In this document: positions 28,228-36,305 of the stretch, piece after piece | Layout of the letters: the number at the start of each line of letters is the position of its first letter | Numbering within the stretch: position 1 is the first letter of the stretch | Assembly: GCA_965217115.1 (NCBI GenBank) | Contig: OZ244239.1 | Span: forward strand, 1,728,001 to 1,792,000 | Direction of reading: 5' to 3' | Source: Bdellovibrionales bacterium | GTDB lineage: Bacteria; Bdellovibrionota; Bdellovibrionia; Bdellovibrionales; CAYMLA01 | Length of the DNA stretch: 64,000 nucleotides | Notes under the pieces: model-generated | Databases searched by the model: none | Seen by the model: the letters and a program-made list of their open reading frames with translations, nothing else | What the model was told of the DNA's origin: nothing | Translations under genes and position numbers: made by a program

Positions 28228-28486
28228 CTCGTTATTTGAGTTAATGATGTATTTTTTTCTAAGAGAAACCATCTGCTTTAAATTATATAACATACTGATT
28301 ATACTATCTTTTTTAGATAAAGCAGACAAGTTATTAATCTATAGAAGAGAGAAGGAAGAAATACATAGACAATTTGCTGCACCGCGTAGTACGTTGCGCT
28401 GAAAACAGAGAAACAGTGCTGAGCCTTAGATTTTTTCAGATCAGCTTAAATTAAAAATGTTTCCCAAAAAATAGGAGAGTATTAGA

Positions 28487-28762
28487 ATGGAAAAAACAGT
28501 GAAAAGAACAGTGATGATGCTGGTGTTGGGTTTGAGCTTAAGCGCAAATGCGACGTATACGTATAATGGTGGTGGTATATGCTCTGGATCAGATTGCAAT
28601 CTGACTCCTACAGAGTCAGCGGTGATCATAGATGATGCCCAGAATTTTTTAAATGGCGGTGATGCTTCAGAAGTATTTGCCCTTAGTTTTGCTGGCGCTT
28701 TGCTGGAAGACACTGCTCTAACTGCTGAAGAGTATGCCCAACAAATTCTTGAAGGTGAGTAG
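28487..28762 (+). CDS. Small secreted protein, copy 2 (DUF2388-like)
   Basis: As copy 1, with a TY duplication after the predicted cleavage site. Confidence 0.8.
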   Translation: MEKTVKRTVMMLVLGLSLSANATYTYNGGGICSGSDCNLTPTESAVIIDDAQNFLNGGDASEVFALSFAGALLEDTALTAEEYAQQILEGE

Positions 28763-29077
28763 TTAAGTAGTTTTTTTTGTGACAGGCCTGCTCCAGAAGA
28801 TTTTTTTGGAGTGGGCCCTCGTTATTTGAGTTAATGATGTATTTTTTTCTAAGAGAAACCATCTGCTTTAAATTATGTAACATACTGATTATACTGTCTT
28901 TTTTAGAGAGAGCAGACAAATTACTAATCTATAGAAGAGAGTAGGGGAAAATCACATAGACAATTTAACGCACTGCATGATATACTGCGCTGAAAACAGA
29001 GAAACAGTGCTGAGCCTTAGATTTTTTCAGATCAGCTTAAATTAAAAATGTTTCCTAAAAAATAGGAGAGTATTAGA

Positions 29078-29341
29078 ATGGAAAAAACAGTGAAAAGAAC
29101 AGTGATGATGTTGGTGTTGGGTTTGAGCTTAAACGCAAATGCGGAGTATGCTATGATGTGCTCTGGATCAGATTGCAATCTGACTCCTACAGAGTCAGCG
29201 GTGATCATAGGTGATGCCCAGAATTTTTTAAATGGCGGTGATGCTTCAGAAGTATTTGCCCTTAGTTTTGCTGGCGCTTTGCTGGAAGACACTGCTCTAA
29301 CTGCTGAAGAGTATGCCCAACAAATTCTTGAAGGTGAATAG
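29078..29341 (+). CDS. Small secreted protein, copy 3 (DUF2388-like)
   Basis: As copy 1, but the mature N-terminus is EYAMM instead of TYNGGGI. Confidence 0.8.
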   Translation: MEKTVKRTVMMLVLGLSLNANAEYAMMCSGSDCNLTPTESAVIIGDAQNFLNGGDASEVFALSFAGALLEDTALTAEEYAQQILEGE

Positions 29342-29442
29342 TAAGTAGATTTTTTTTGTGACAGACCTGCTCCAGAAGATTTTTTTGGAGTGGGTTCTGG
29401 TTACTTAATTAAGGTGAATAAATTTAACTTTATGAGGGAAGA

Positions 29443-31392
29443 ATGTTTTGTTTTCTGTGTGTTTTTTTATTCTCTTTTGTCTTTGGCGTTGAATTATATG
29501 GGGCTCCCCATATTGCTCCCAAGAGTATTTTGATAGAGAATAGTTCTCTTAATCAAATGGAAAAATCGAAATTGATTGAATCGATCGTCAAGAAACTTCC
29601 AGGAAATATAAAGTTAAAGGAAAACACAGAAATAAAGATAAGTTTTAAAAATCTTTCTCAGCAAGAAATACAGAAGAACTATTGCCAGCAGGAGAAGGGA
29701 GTTAAACTGGCTAGATTGGCTCTTTATGATGACAGTCATATAGTGGTGGATGAGCAGTTTATTCAAGTTATTCAAGATAAGGTGAGAGGAAATAACTTAG
29801 AGAGGAAAGGTGAATGTTTTTATAAAACAAAGTATGAGCTTTTAGTTGGAACATTATTGCATGAGATTGGACATGTTTTCGACTATAATAGTGAGTTGCC
29901 CTATTATTACGGCAGAGAAAGAGAGGATATATATCGAGAGGACATCTATGGAGATGATGATACAGGTGTGGATGATATGGAAGAGAGGGGATTCAAGCGG
30001 CATTCTGAAATCGATGAATTTAAAACGTGGGCTATTTATGGTCCCAGAAGTCTTTTCTTTGGCACCCAAAACTTAACTTTTATGAACAGCCCTAATCGTC
30101 ATGAGTTTAGTAATTCTAAGGAGCGATTTGCGATTCAATTTGAGTTTTTTTCTATAGATAAAAGCTATGCTTGTCGCAGACCTAATATGTATCGCTATTT
30201 CACTGAGGTATTAAAGTTATCCCCTCGATATCAGGTTAAGTGCCAAATAAATACAAAAATTAAGTCAACGTCATTTAGAAAAAAAATAAATTTGAGCAAT
30301 GTCTTTGATGTTCAGCTCTTTGTAAGTGTGCCCCATGAAGAGAGCACGCCTTGGGGACACTCGTCTATTAAGATTTTAAGATGTAAGAGAATCATTGAAG
30401 AAGACGAAGCCTGTCCAGAGAAGTTCGTTGAAGAGCTTTTTCTGGATTACAGTATGGATGGTGTTCAAGATATAGGTGAAGGCAATGTTATTAATGCTCT
30501 ATTAGGAAGATTCAATTTGAGTTCTAAAATAAGGGAGAAGAATGAATATATGCAGCAGTTCTTAAGTCAGGAGGGACGAGAGTTCTTTTTGTTGCCTCTA
30601 AAGCTAAACAAAGATCAGAGAGATGTGCTTGTTGATCAAATCCTAGAGAATCACTGGGGTTTGTGGTCGGCCTATGTCTTGCATGGTAACAATTGCACCC
30701 ATGTTATAGCGAATATGATTAAAATGGCTAAGCGTGATTACAATTGGGAAGTTGAAAAAGTATTAACTCCAATAAAATTGGTGACAGAAATAATTGCGAG
30801 AGGTTATGTCAACCGAGAGATTAAAGAATTTGATCTACAGCGAATAAAAGATCTGGGTCTTTACTTAAAGAGTGATGATGGGTATGTAGCTAAAGGGTGG
30901 AGGGTTTTAAAGAATTTTCTCAAGCTTCATAGTGAGATAACCTTGGAAGAATTTAAAGCAGAAAATTCATCTGCGGAAAGAATGGAAGCCTATAGTGAGG
31001 TCGCCCTTTTGAATGAGAACAAGAGAAAGTTGATATATGCATCAGCAATGGTGTTAGAGAAATATTTTCTAACATCTGCCAAAAAGAATTTTACAGGAGT
31101 CGTTGATTTAAAAATTGAGGGTTGGCAAGAGTTACTTGCAGAATATCAGAAAGCCCATATAAATCTTTTGCCTTGGAATATTGTGCGAAGAAAATCCTAT
31201 GGAATCCCTTTGATAGAAGATGTTTATCCTGAGGAGATCTTGCTTAAAAGAGTTGAACGGCTCTTAGAGTCATCTCAAAGTTTGTGGGGAGCCGTTGATG
31301 AAAAAAACAAACGTCCAGAGTTTGATGAAATTAGAGAAAACATTGAGAATCTTTCAATGAAGCTTCTTTATCAAAGAAAATTAATTAATTAG
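29443..31392 (+). CDS. Secreted protein with HEXXH metallopeptidase-like region and DUF4105 (Lnb N-terminal-like) domain
   Basis: Hydrophobic N-terminus; LLHEIGHVFD; SPNRHE...ERFA..FEFF..D.SYACRRP.MYRYF; PWGHSSI and Y.LHGNNCT, the His/Cys motifs typical of DUF4105. Confidence 0.75.
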   Translation: MFCFLCVFLFSFVFGVELYGAPHIAPKSILIENSSLNQMEKSKLIESIVKKLPGNIKLKENTEIKISFKNLSQQEIQKNYCQQEKGVKLARLALYDDSHIVVDEQFIQVIQDKVRGNNLERKGECFYKTKYELLVGTLLHEIGHVFDYNSELPYYYGREREDIYREDIYGDDDTGVDDMEERGFKRHSEIDEFKTWAIYGPRSLFFGTQNLTFMNSPNRHEFSNSKERFAIQFEFFSIDKSYACRRPNMYRYFTEVLKLSPRYQVKCQINTKIKSTSFRKKINLSNVFDVQLFVSVPHEESTPWGHSSIKILRCKRIIEEDEACPEKFVEELFLDYSMDGVQDIGEGNVINALLGRFNLSSKIREKNEYMQQFLSQEGREFFLLPLKLNKDQRDVLVDQILENHWGLWSAYVLHGNNCTHVIANMIKMAKRDYNWEVEKVLTPIKLVTEIIARGYVNREIKEFDLQRIKDLGLYLKSDDGYVAKGWRVLKNFLKLHSEITLEEFKAENSSAERMEAYSEVALLNENKRKLIYASAMVLEKYFLTSAKKNFTGVVDLKIEGWQELLAEYQKAHINLLPWNIVRRKSYGIPLIEDVYPEEILLKRVERLLESSQSLWGAVDEKNKRPEFDEIRENIENLSMKLLYQRKLIN

Positions 31393-31401
31393 AAAGAACA
31401 C

Positions 31402-31455
31402 ATTAAAAAATTAACTTTAATCCTATTTACTCTATTTGGAAGTGCTGCTTTTGCT
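31402..31455 (+). pseudogene. Remnant signal-peptide coding fragment of a lost secreted-protein gene
   Basis: ATT AAA AAA TTA... translates to (I)KKLTLILFTLFGSAAFA, then the frame runs antisense into the comEC MBL gene. Confidence 0.4.
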
Positions 31456-32274
31456 TCAGAAAGTCAACTTGTAGTCAGTCGTAGTATTCATAATTTGCAC
31501 AGGAATGTGGAGATGACCCCAGTCTTGTGTTTTTAAGAGATTAATCGATCGGTTTTTTAAAAGTTTCGTTACTTTTTTGTGTGGATGCCTGTACTTTCGA
31601 TATCTCGAACTGGCAATGGATGTTTGCAATCGATTTAATTTTTTTAGTAGCTCAGATGAAGTGCTTGTATAGCTGCCGTGATGGCCAAGAAGCAGAAATT
31701 TTATGGATGAAGGGGATGGGATTTGATAGAGCCAGCGTCGTTCTTGCTCTTTTGGTGAATCGCCCGAAACCAGTATTTGATTTGCTATAATGAAGACATG
31801 ACTGAAAGTGTTTTGAGAAGGATCTTTTTTGTTAGTTTTAATTGAGAAATGGACTTTTTTTACGGGATGACTCTTTAATACCGAATGACATGAAGGGATT
31901 TTTTTTAGCCAGGCCTTCTTTTTGTAGGAAGCAAAACCTCTTGGTTGAGTGACAATACAGAGATGGTTGAAATTTTTCAAAGCTGTTCTTGTAAAATTAA
32001 TATGATCCCAATCCCAGTGGGTAAAATGGACAAGATTTTTCTTATTTTGGCATTCCCTCTTTACTGATGACCAGTCAAAGGAAAAGAATTCACCGCCCAT
32101 ATCAATGTGATAACAAGCATCATGAAGAGAGAGGGTTGTCCATAAGCCTTGGCCAACGTTCCATATAATAAACTGGGGAAGAGAGAGATGGGATAGATTT
32201 GATGAAAAAATGAAGATCCATAGAAATGGTAAAATAGAAGATGTAGGGTGAAGAGTAGCTACAGTTTTTTTCAT
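31456..32274 (-). CDS. ComEC/Rec2-type metallo-beta-lactamase domain protein (separate polypeptide)
   Basis: WNVGQG, THWDWDH, VSGD, GHHGS and YRHPH motifs. The likely start is ATG at 32274, overlapping the upstream TGA (ATGA). Confidence 0.85.
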   Translation of the reverse strand: MKKTVATLHPTSSILPFLWIFIFSSNLSHLSLPQFIIWNVGQGLWTTLSLHDACYHIDMGGEFFSFDWSSVKRECQNKKNLVHFTHWDWDHINFTRTALKNFNHLCIVTQPRGFASYKKKAWLKKIPSCHSVLKSHPVKKVHFSIKTNKKDPSQNTFSHVFIIANQILVSGDSPKEQERRWLYQIPSPSSIKFLLLGHHGSYTSTSSELLKKLNRLQTSIASSRYRKYRHPHKKVTKLLKNRSINLLKTQDWGHLHIPVQIMNTTTDYKLTF

Positions 32275-33149
32275 AGATACCTTCTCTTTTGTAGACAAAG
32301 TGATAAGAGATAAAGACTTAGCGGATAGATAAGAAACCAATCTGTGGGGAGTGCAACGGGAGATAAAGGGGTGGGGATGTGTCGAGAGAATTCAATGATG
32401 TGTGTTTGTGACCAATGGAATACAGGGGCAACGTAATCGGGGAGAAGAAGGTACACGAAAGATAGAGGAAAGAGGACGTGACTTAAAAGGGGAGCAATAA
32501 AACAATTAGTGAAGATGGTGAGTGGATGGGGAAGTCCTAAAGGAAGCAGAGGGAGTGTCATGGTTAAAAACATAAGACTCTGTTTCTTAAAGGAAGATAA
32601 TCGCGGTAAGTATTGACGAAAAGCCGCAAGGCTTAGAGCCGCACTCCAGCTTAGGGTTAGGGAGAGTGAAGAGAGCCACAGGGGTTGTAAAGTGAGAGCA
32701 AATAATCCAGATAAGAGAGAGAGTTTTGTTGGTGACCAGTTCATTTTGTAAAAATCATTCTGGGAGCGCAATAAAATAGCCAGCCATGAGCGAACGGCAG
32801 GTGGGTGAGCGCCCGATATTAAGACGTAAATAAGTAAAGCGCCTAGAATGAGATTGCTCTGTCTGTTTGTCTTTTTAAGCGAGGCGATGAAGCTCTCTAA
32901 AACAAGGAGATGAGCCCCAGAGATAACAACTAAGTGAATAAGCCCCGTTGATTTCAGGGCATTTTTTAGTGGAATGTCGTGCAACTTAGAACCACAAATC
33001 AAGCTCTTAGGTAGATCGGAATAGAGAGAGTTTGGAATTAAAGAGAGACAGATAGAATTAAGGAAATCTATTTGACCTGCTAATAAGTTCAGCAGAGGGC
33101 TTTGCAGGATGACGCCGATGAGGGCAGCTATAAAGACAAAAATGGCCAT
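32271..33149 (-). CDS. comEC: ComEC competence (membrane channel) domain protein
   Basis: TGLIHLVVISGAHL, PPAVRS, LSW.A motifs and multiple TM helices. The likely start is ATG at 33149; the ORF track extends it to 33293. Confidence 0.85.
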   Translation of the reverse strand: MAIFVFIAALIGVILQSPLLNLLAGQIDFLNSICLSLIPNSLYSDLPKSLICGSKLHDIPLKNALKSTGLIHLVVISGAHLLVLESFIASLKKTNRQSNLILGALLIYVLISGAHPPAVRSWLAILLRSQNDFYKMNWSPTKLSLLSGLFALTLQPLWLSSLSLTLSWSAALSLAAFRQYLPRLSSFKKQSLMFLTMTLPLLPLGLPHPLTIFTNCFIAPLLSHVLFPLSFVYLLLPDYVAPVFHWSQTHIIEFSRHIPTPLSPVALPTDWFLIYPLSLYLLSLCLQKRRYL

Positions 33150-33261
33150 GTATGTTGGTAAGCATTTTTGATACCTAGATATAGTAAAATGAAGGCAAAC
33201 AGTTTTTTTAAGTTGTGAGTCAGGGCAGTTTAAGAACTTTGTTAGAAAATAGTTAAAATCT

Positions 33262-33505
33262 TGTGAATAATCTATTTTCATAAGTAAAAACAATATCTTA
33301 CGTGAGCATAATAAACAGGCAAAGGGCTGAAAGAGGCCTCCAGAGGCGGGTCTAAGGTCTAGTTTATGGAGTAATTCACAGGCATTGTGAATAACTATCC
33401 ACGGGGTGTGAAGGAAGAAACAAGCACCGTGTCATTGTGTTATTTTGGAATTATGTCCGTATCGCGCAGTCTAAGGTCGTGAAGGGGGCGAGGTGGATAT
33501 CCACA
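33262..33505. promoter_or_regulatory. Cluster of DnaA-box-like nonamers
   Basis: TGTGAATAA at 33262 and 33386 (reverse complement TTATTCACA); near-matches TAATTCACA at 33372, CTATCCACG at 33395 and ATATCCACA at 33497. Confidence 0.5.
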
Positions 33506-33565
33506 AAATGAATAAATTGAGTTAGTATTAAGGTTGTCGTGACAGCTTGAGTAACAGCAGGAGAA

Positions 33566-35173
33566 GTGATGGTGAAAGTTTTAGTTTTAGGTATCGTTGT
33601 TTTTCTGCCATTTTTTTATCAGATTGACCTTTATGCACAAAATACATTTGATGGACCGGAGTTTGATTACGAAAATCAAGTTTATCATGTGTATAAAGAA
33701 TTTGGTAGTCGACTGATAGCTGATGGGGAATGGGAAGGCCTAGCCCAGGATCGGAATGTTGAAAGTTACAGTATACAAACCAATGACACTCTTTGGGGTA
33801 TTAGTAAAATTTACTTTGGCAGTGGTTATTATTGGGCTAAAATTTGGGCCTTAAATGGTGAAATTACGAATCCCCATGAAATTGTCCCCAATAAGGAACT
33901 TCGTTTCTATCCAGGGACGTTAGATCAAGAGCCTCATCTTGAATTAGCTAATAAATTAGATCAAGAGCCTCATCTTGAATTAGCTAATAAAAAAGAGAAG
34001 CTCTCTCCGAAGGAGTTGAGAGAATTAATTCCTCCACCAAAGAAAAAAATAACTCCTGTGTTACGGCTTTTACCTCCAAGTTTGCCTTCATCTTTGGTGC
34101 GCAGAAGAATTGGTCAGGCAGATGTTCAGCTATCAATTTCTTTGATAGCGACTCCTGAGAGGCCAGCATTGTCTTATCAGTTGACGGATTATATATCAGA
34201 GAGCACTCAAGGAAGTCTGGGGAAAATCATAGAAACGGAGTTAGGTGGAAAAACGGCGAGACCAGGACAGTATGTTTATATAAAAACAGAAAAAGCTCAA
34301 ATAGGTAAAGAGTATTTGGTGTTGTCTAAAGTCGCTGAACTTTCAGGTTCTAACATGATTGAAGTCCAGGGCAGGGTTCGCCTTTTAGAAGAGGCTAATA
34401 GAGAGGGCGATATTTATCGTGCTTTGGTAACCTATTCTGTGAGTCCTATTTTTGTGGGAAGCTATATAGCTGAAGGAGAAATCCAGGTTTATACGATGCA
34501 ACTTGATGGTTCATTGGTCTCTTCGTCTCAAGGAAAAATTCTCGGTGGTCGCTATGATAATAATAGAAAAATATTTGGGCGAGGTGGAATTGTTTTTATT
34601 GATTTAGGGGCTAAGAGCGGAATTGAGACGGGGACATTGTTACCTATTATTCTTAATCAGAAATCTCGCAACAGCGAGAGTCGAGTTGATCGTGTTATAA
34701 AACGCATAGGGTTATTGAAAGTTTTGAGATTAGGAGAACGTCACTCTACAGCAGTGATTCTTCAGTCGTCAGAGGATATTCGCACAGGGGATCTTGTTGG
34801 TGGGTTTGAGCAGAAGAAGAATCAAGTGGAGGGTGGAAAAACTATTAAGACTGAACAAGATGAGTTATTACTGGATAGCTTGGATGAAGTAGATAGCCAG
34901 AAAAGCGTTTCTGATCAAGAAGAACAGGACGATTTTGGCAGTGATCACATCGAAGAAAAAAAAGAAGAGGTCAAAGAAGAGATTAAAGAAGAGATTAAAG
35001 AAGAATTCAAAGAAGAGATTAAAGAAGAATTCAAAGAAGAGATTAAAGAAGAATTCAAAGAAGAGGATGAAGAAGCCACTGAGGATGATTTTGAAGATAC
35101 CAATGAAGATGATCTTGAAGATGCCAATGAAGATGATCTTGAAGATGCCAATGAAGATGATCTTTTTGAATAA
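33566..35173 (+). CDS. Secreted LysM protein (TsaP-like) with acidic repeat tail
   Basis: Signal peptide; YSIQTNDTLWGIS..Y.GSGYYWAKIW.LN..ITNPH.I LysM motif; directly upstream of dprA, a common arrangement. Confidence 0.85.
   Translation: MMVKVLVLGIVVFLPFFYQIDLYAQNTFDGPEFDYENQVYHVYKEFGSRLIADGEWEGLAQDRNVESYSIQTNDTLWGISKIYFGSGYYWAKIWALNGEITNPHEIVPNKELRFYPGTLDQEPHLELANKLDQEPHLELANKKEKLSPKELRELIPPPKKKITPVLRLLPPSLPSSLVRRRIGQADVQLSISLIATPERPALSYQLTDYISESTQGSLGKIIETELGGKTARPGQYVYIKTEKAQIGKEYLVLSKVAELSGSNMIEVQGRVRLLEEANREGDIYRALVTYSVSPIFVGSYIAEGEIQVYTMQLDGSLVSSSQGKILGGRYDNNRKIFGRGGIVFIDLGAKSGIETGTLLPIILNQKSRNSESRVDRVIKRIGLLKVLRLGERHSTAVILQSSEDIRTGDLVGGFEQKKNQVEGGKTIKTEQDELLLDSLDEVDSQKSVSDQEEQDDFGSDHIEEKKEEVKEEIKEEIKEEFKEEIKEEFKEEIKEEFKEEDEEATEDDFEDTNEDDLEDANEDDLEDANEDDLFE
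33920..33991 (+). repeat. Perfect 36-bp tandem duplication (LDQEPHLELANK x2)
   Basis: TTAGATCAAGAGCCTCATCTTGAATTAGCTAATAAA occurs twice in tandem. Confidence 0.95.
34961..35164 (+). repeat. Nine 12-bp (KEEI/KEEF) and four 24-bp (EDANEDDL-like) coding tandem repeats
   Basis: Read directly: 12-mers at 34961-35068 and 24-mers at 35069-35164. Confidence 0.92.
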
Positions 35174-35259
35174 TGGCACGGACAGGCTAACGTTTTTTCC
35201 ATTTAAAAAGGACTTGTTGTTTACTTAGGTGTGGTGACTTTCTTGCTTGTAGTGGCAGC

Positions 35260-36132
35260 ATGTACAAAAAAGAGATATTATCTATTTTCTGTCGTTTGAA
35301 CTATATTTCTTGTGAGAAATTTTATATTTTATCTGAATTAGTTGATCGTGGTATCTGCCATACTCATCTTCATAAATGGGTTGAAGATAAAAAACTAGTT
35401 CTTCTTCTTAAAGAGGAAGCTTGCACTTGGGATTTGTGTGAGAAAATTTTGTTCCAGATAATAGAGACACAAGCTAAAATAGCTTTTCCCGGCTCTAATG
35501 ATTATCCGGAGAGTTTTTTAGATTTAGATGACCCCCCTGTTTTTTTAACGTACTTAGGCGAACCAATTTGGATAACAAAACGGGGATTGTCTGTTGTAGG
35601 AAGTCGTAGAGCGAGCGATATTTCTCTTGAGTGGATGGAGAAAAGTTTAGGCTCTTTTTTAGAAAGCACTGATTGCATGGTTGTAAGTGGAGGGGCCATG
35701 GGGATAGATCAAAAATCCCATGGAGTGGCGATCAAACACGGCAGATCAACTGTGGCCTTGCTTCCGTCGGGAATGGGTGAGTTGTATCCTAAGGAGCTAG
35801 AAGACTGGGTAGAGCCCATCATTAAGAGTGGAGGAGCTCTGATGAGTGAGTATTTTCCCCATGTTGGCGTTCGCCGGTTTCATTTCCATGAGAGGAACCG
35901 CATGATTGCAGCCCTGGGAAAGGGACTATTAGTTGTGGAGGGGAGCTTGCGGAGTGGGACAATGATTTCTGCTCGTTATGCTATAGATTTAGGTAGAGGA
36001 GTGGGAGTTGTTCCTGGTCACCCCGGTTGGAGTAATTTTGGAGGTAATCTCAAATTAATAGAGCAGGGAGCTAATTTAGTAAGAGATCGGCTGGATTTGA
36101 AAGTCTGGTTTGGAACGTCGCCGTGCCTTTAA
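35260..36132 (+). CDS. dprA: DNA processing protein DprA
   Basis: DPPVFL..G, VVGSR, VVSGGAMGID, F..RNRMIA, VVE...RSGT and VPG motifs. Confidence 0.93.
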   Translation: MYKKEILSIFCRLNYISCEKFYILSELVDRGICHTHLHKWVEDKKLVLLLKEEACTWDLCEKILFQIIETQAKIAFPGSNDYPESFLDLDDPPVFLTYLGEPIWITKRGLSVVGSRRASDISLEWMEKSLGSFLESTDCMVVSGGAMGIDQKSHGVAIKHGRSTVALLPSGMGELYPKELEDWVEPIIKSGGALMSEYFPHVGVRRFHFHERNRMIAALGKGLLVVEGSLRSGTMISARYAIDLGRGVGVVPGHPGWSNFGGNLKLIEQGANLVRDRLDLKVWFGTSPCL

Positions 36133-36134
36133 AA

Positions 36135-36180
36135 CCACTAGATGTAGTGCAATATTAAACTGAAACACTATATCTATCGA
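36135..36180. promoter_or_regulatory. Two NrdR-box-like sites 30 bp apart
   Basis: CCACTAGATGTAGTGC and ACACTATATCTATCGA compared with the consensus acaCwAtATaTwGtgt. Confidence 0.55.
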
Positions 36181-36305
36181 ATTAGCTATTTATACAAAAA
36201 AACTTTTTGATCTTATTAGATTGATAGCTCTACAATTAAGTCTAGGGAGGGGCGATGTAGTCATGGATGACTCTAGCAGAAGGAAACTGCAGCATCGTCT
36301 CATTT

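Larger units (their letters stand above)
27650..29402 (+). repeat. Tandem triplication of a ~590-bp unit (upstream region, small ORF and stem-loop)
   Basis: ORF starts at 27901, 28487 and 29078 (periods 586 and 591); near-identical coding and proximal leader sequence; similarity begins at TGAGTT..T.ATGTATTTTTT. Confidence 0.97.

Noticed and set aside
27855..29292. Three antisense ORFs over the triplicated genes (possible toxin-antitoxin pair)
   Set aside because: They mirror the sense ORFs, which have the SD and signal peptide; there is no independent evidence for them.
27650..29402. CRISPR array or diversity-generating retroelement as an explanation of the repeats
   Set aside because: The units are ~590-bp gene cassettes, not repeat-spacer units. 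There is no cas or reverse transcriptase gene in the window, and the differences are not adenine-specific.
33316..33372. Possible second c-di-GMP-I riboswitch (GGCAAA...GAAA...GGGTCTAAG...TATG)
   Set aside because: It lacks GACGCAAA, P2 pairs poorly, and there is no complementary 3' strand for P3 or P1.
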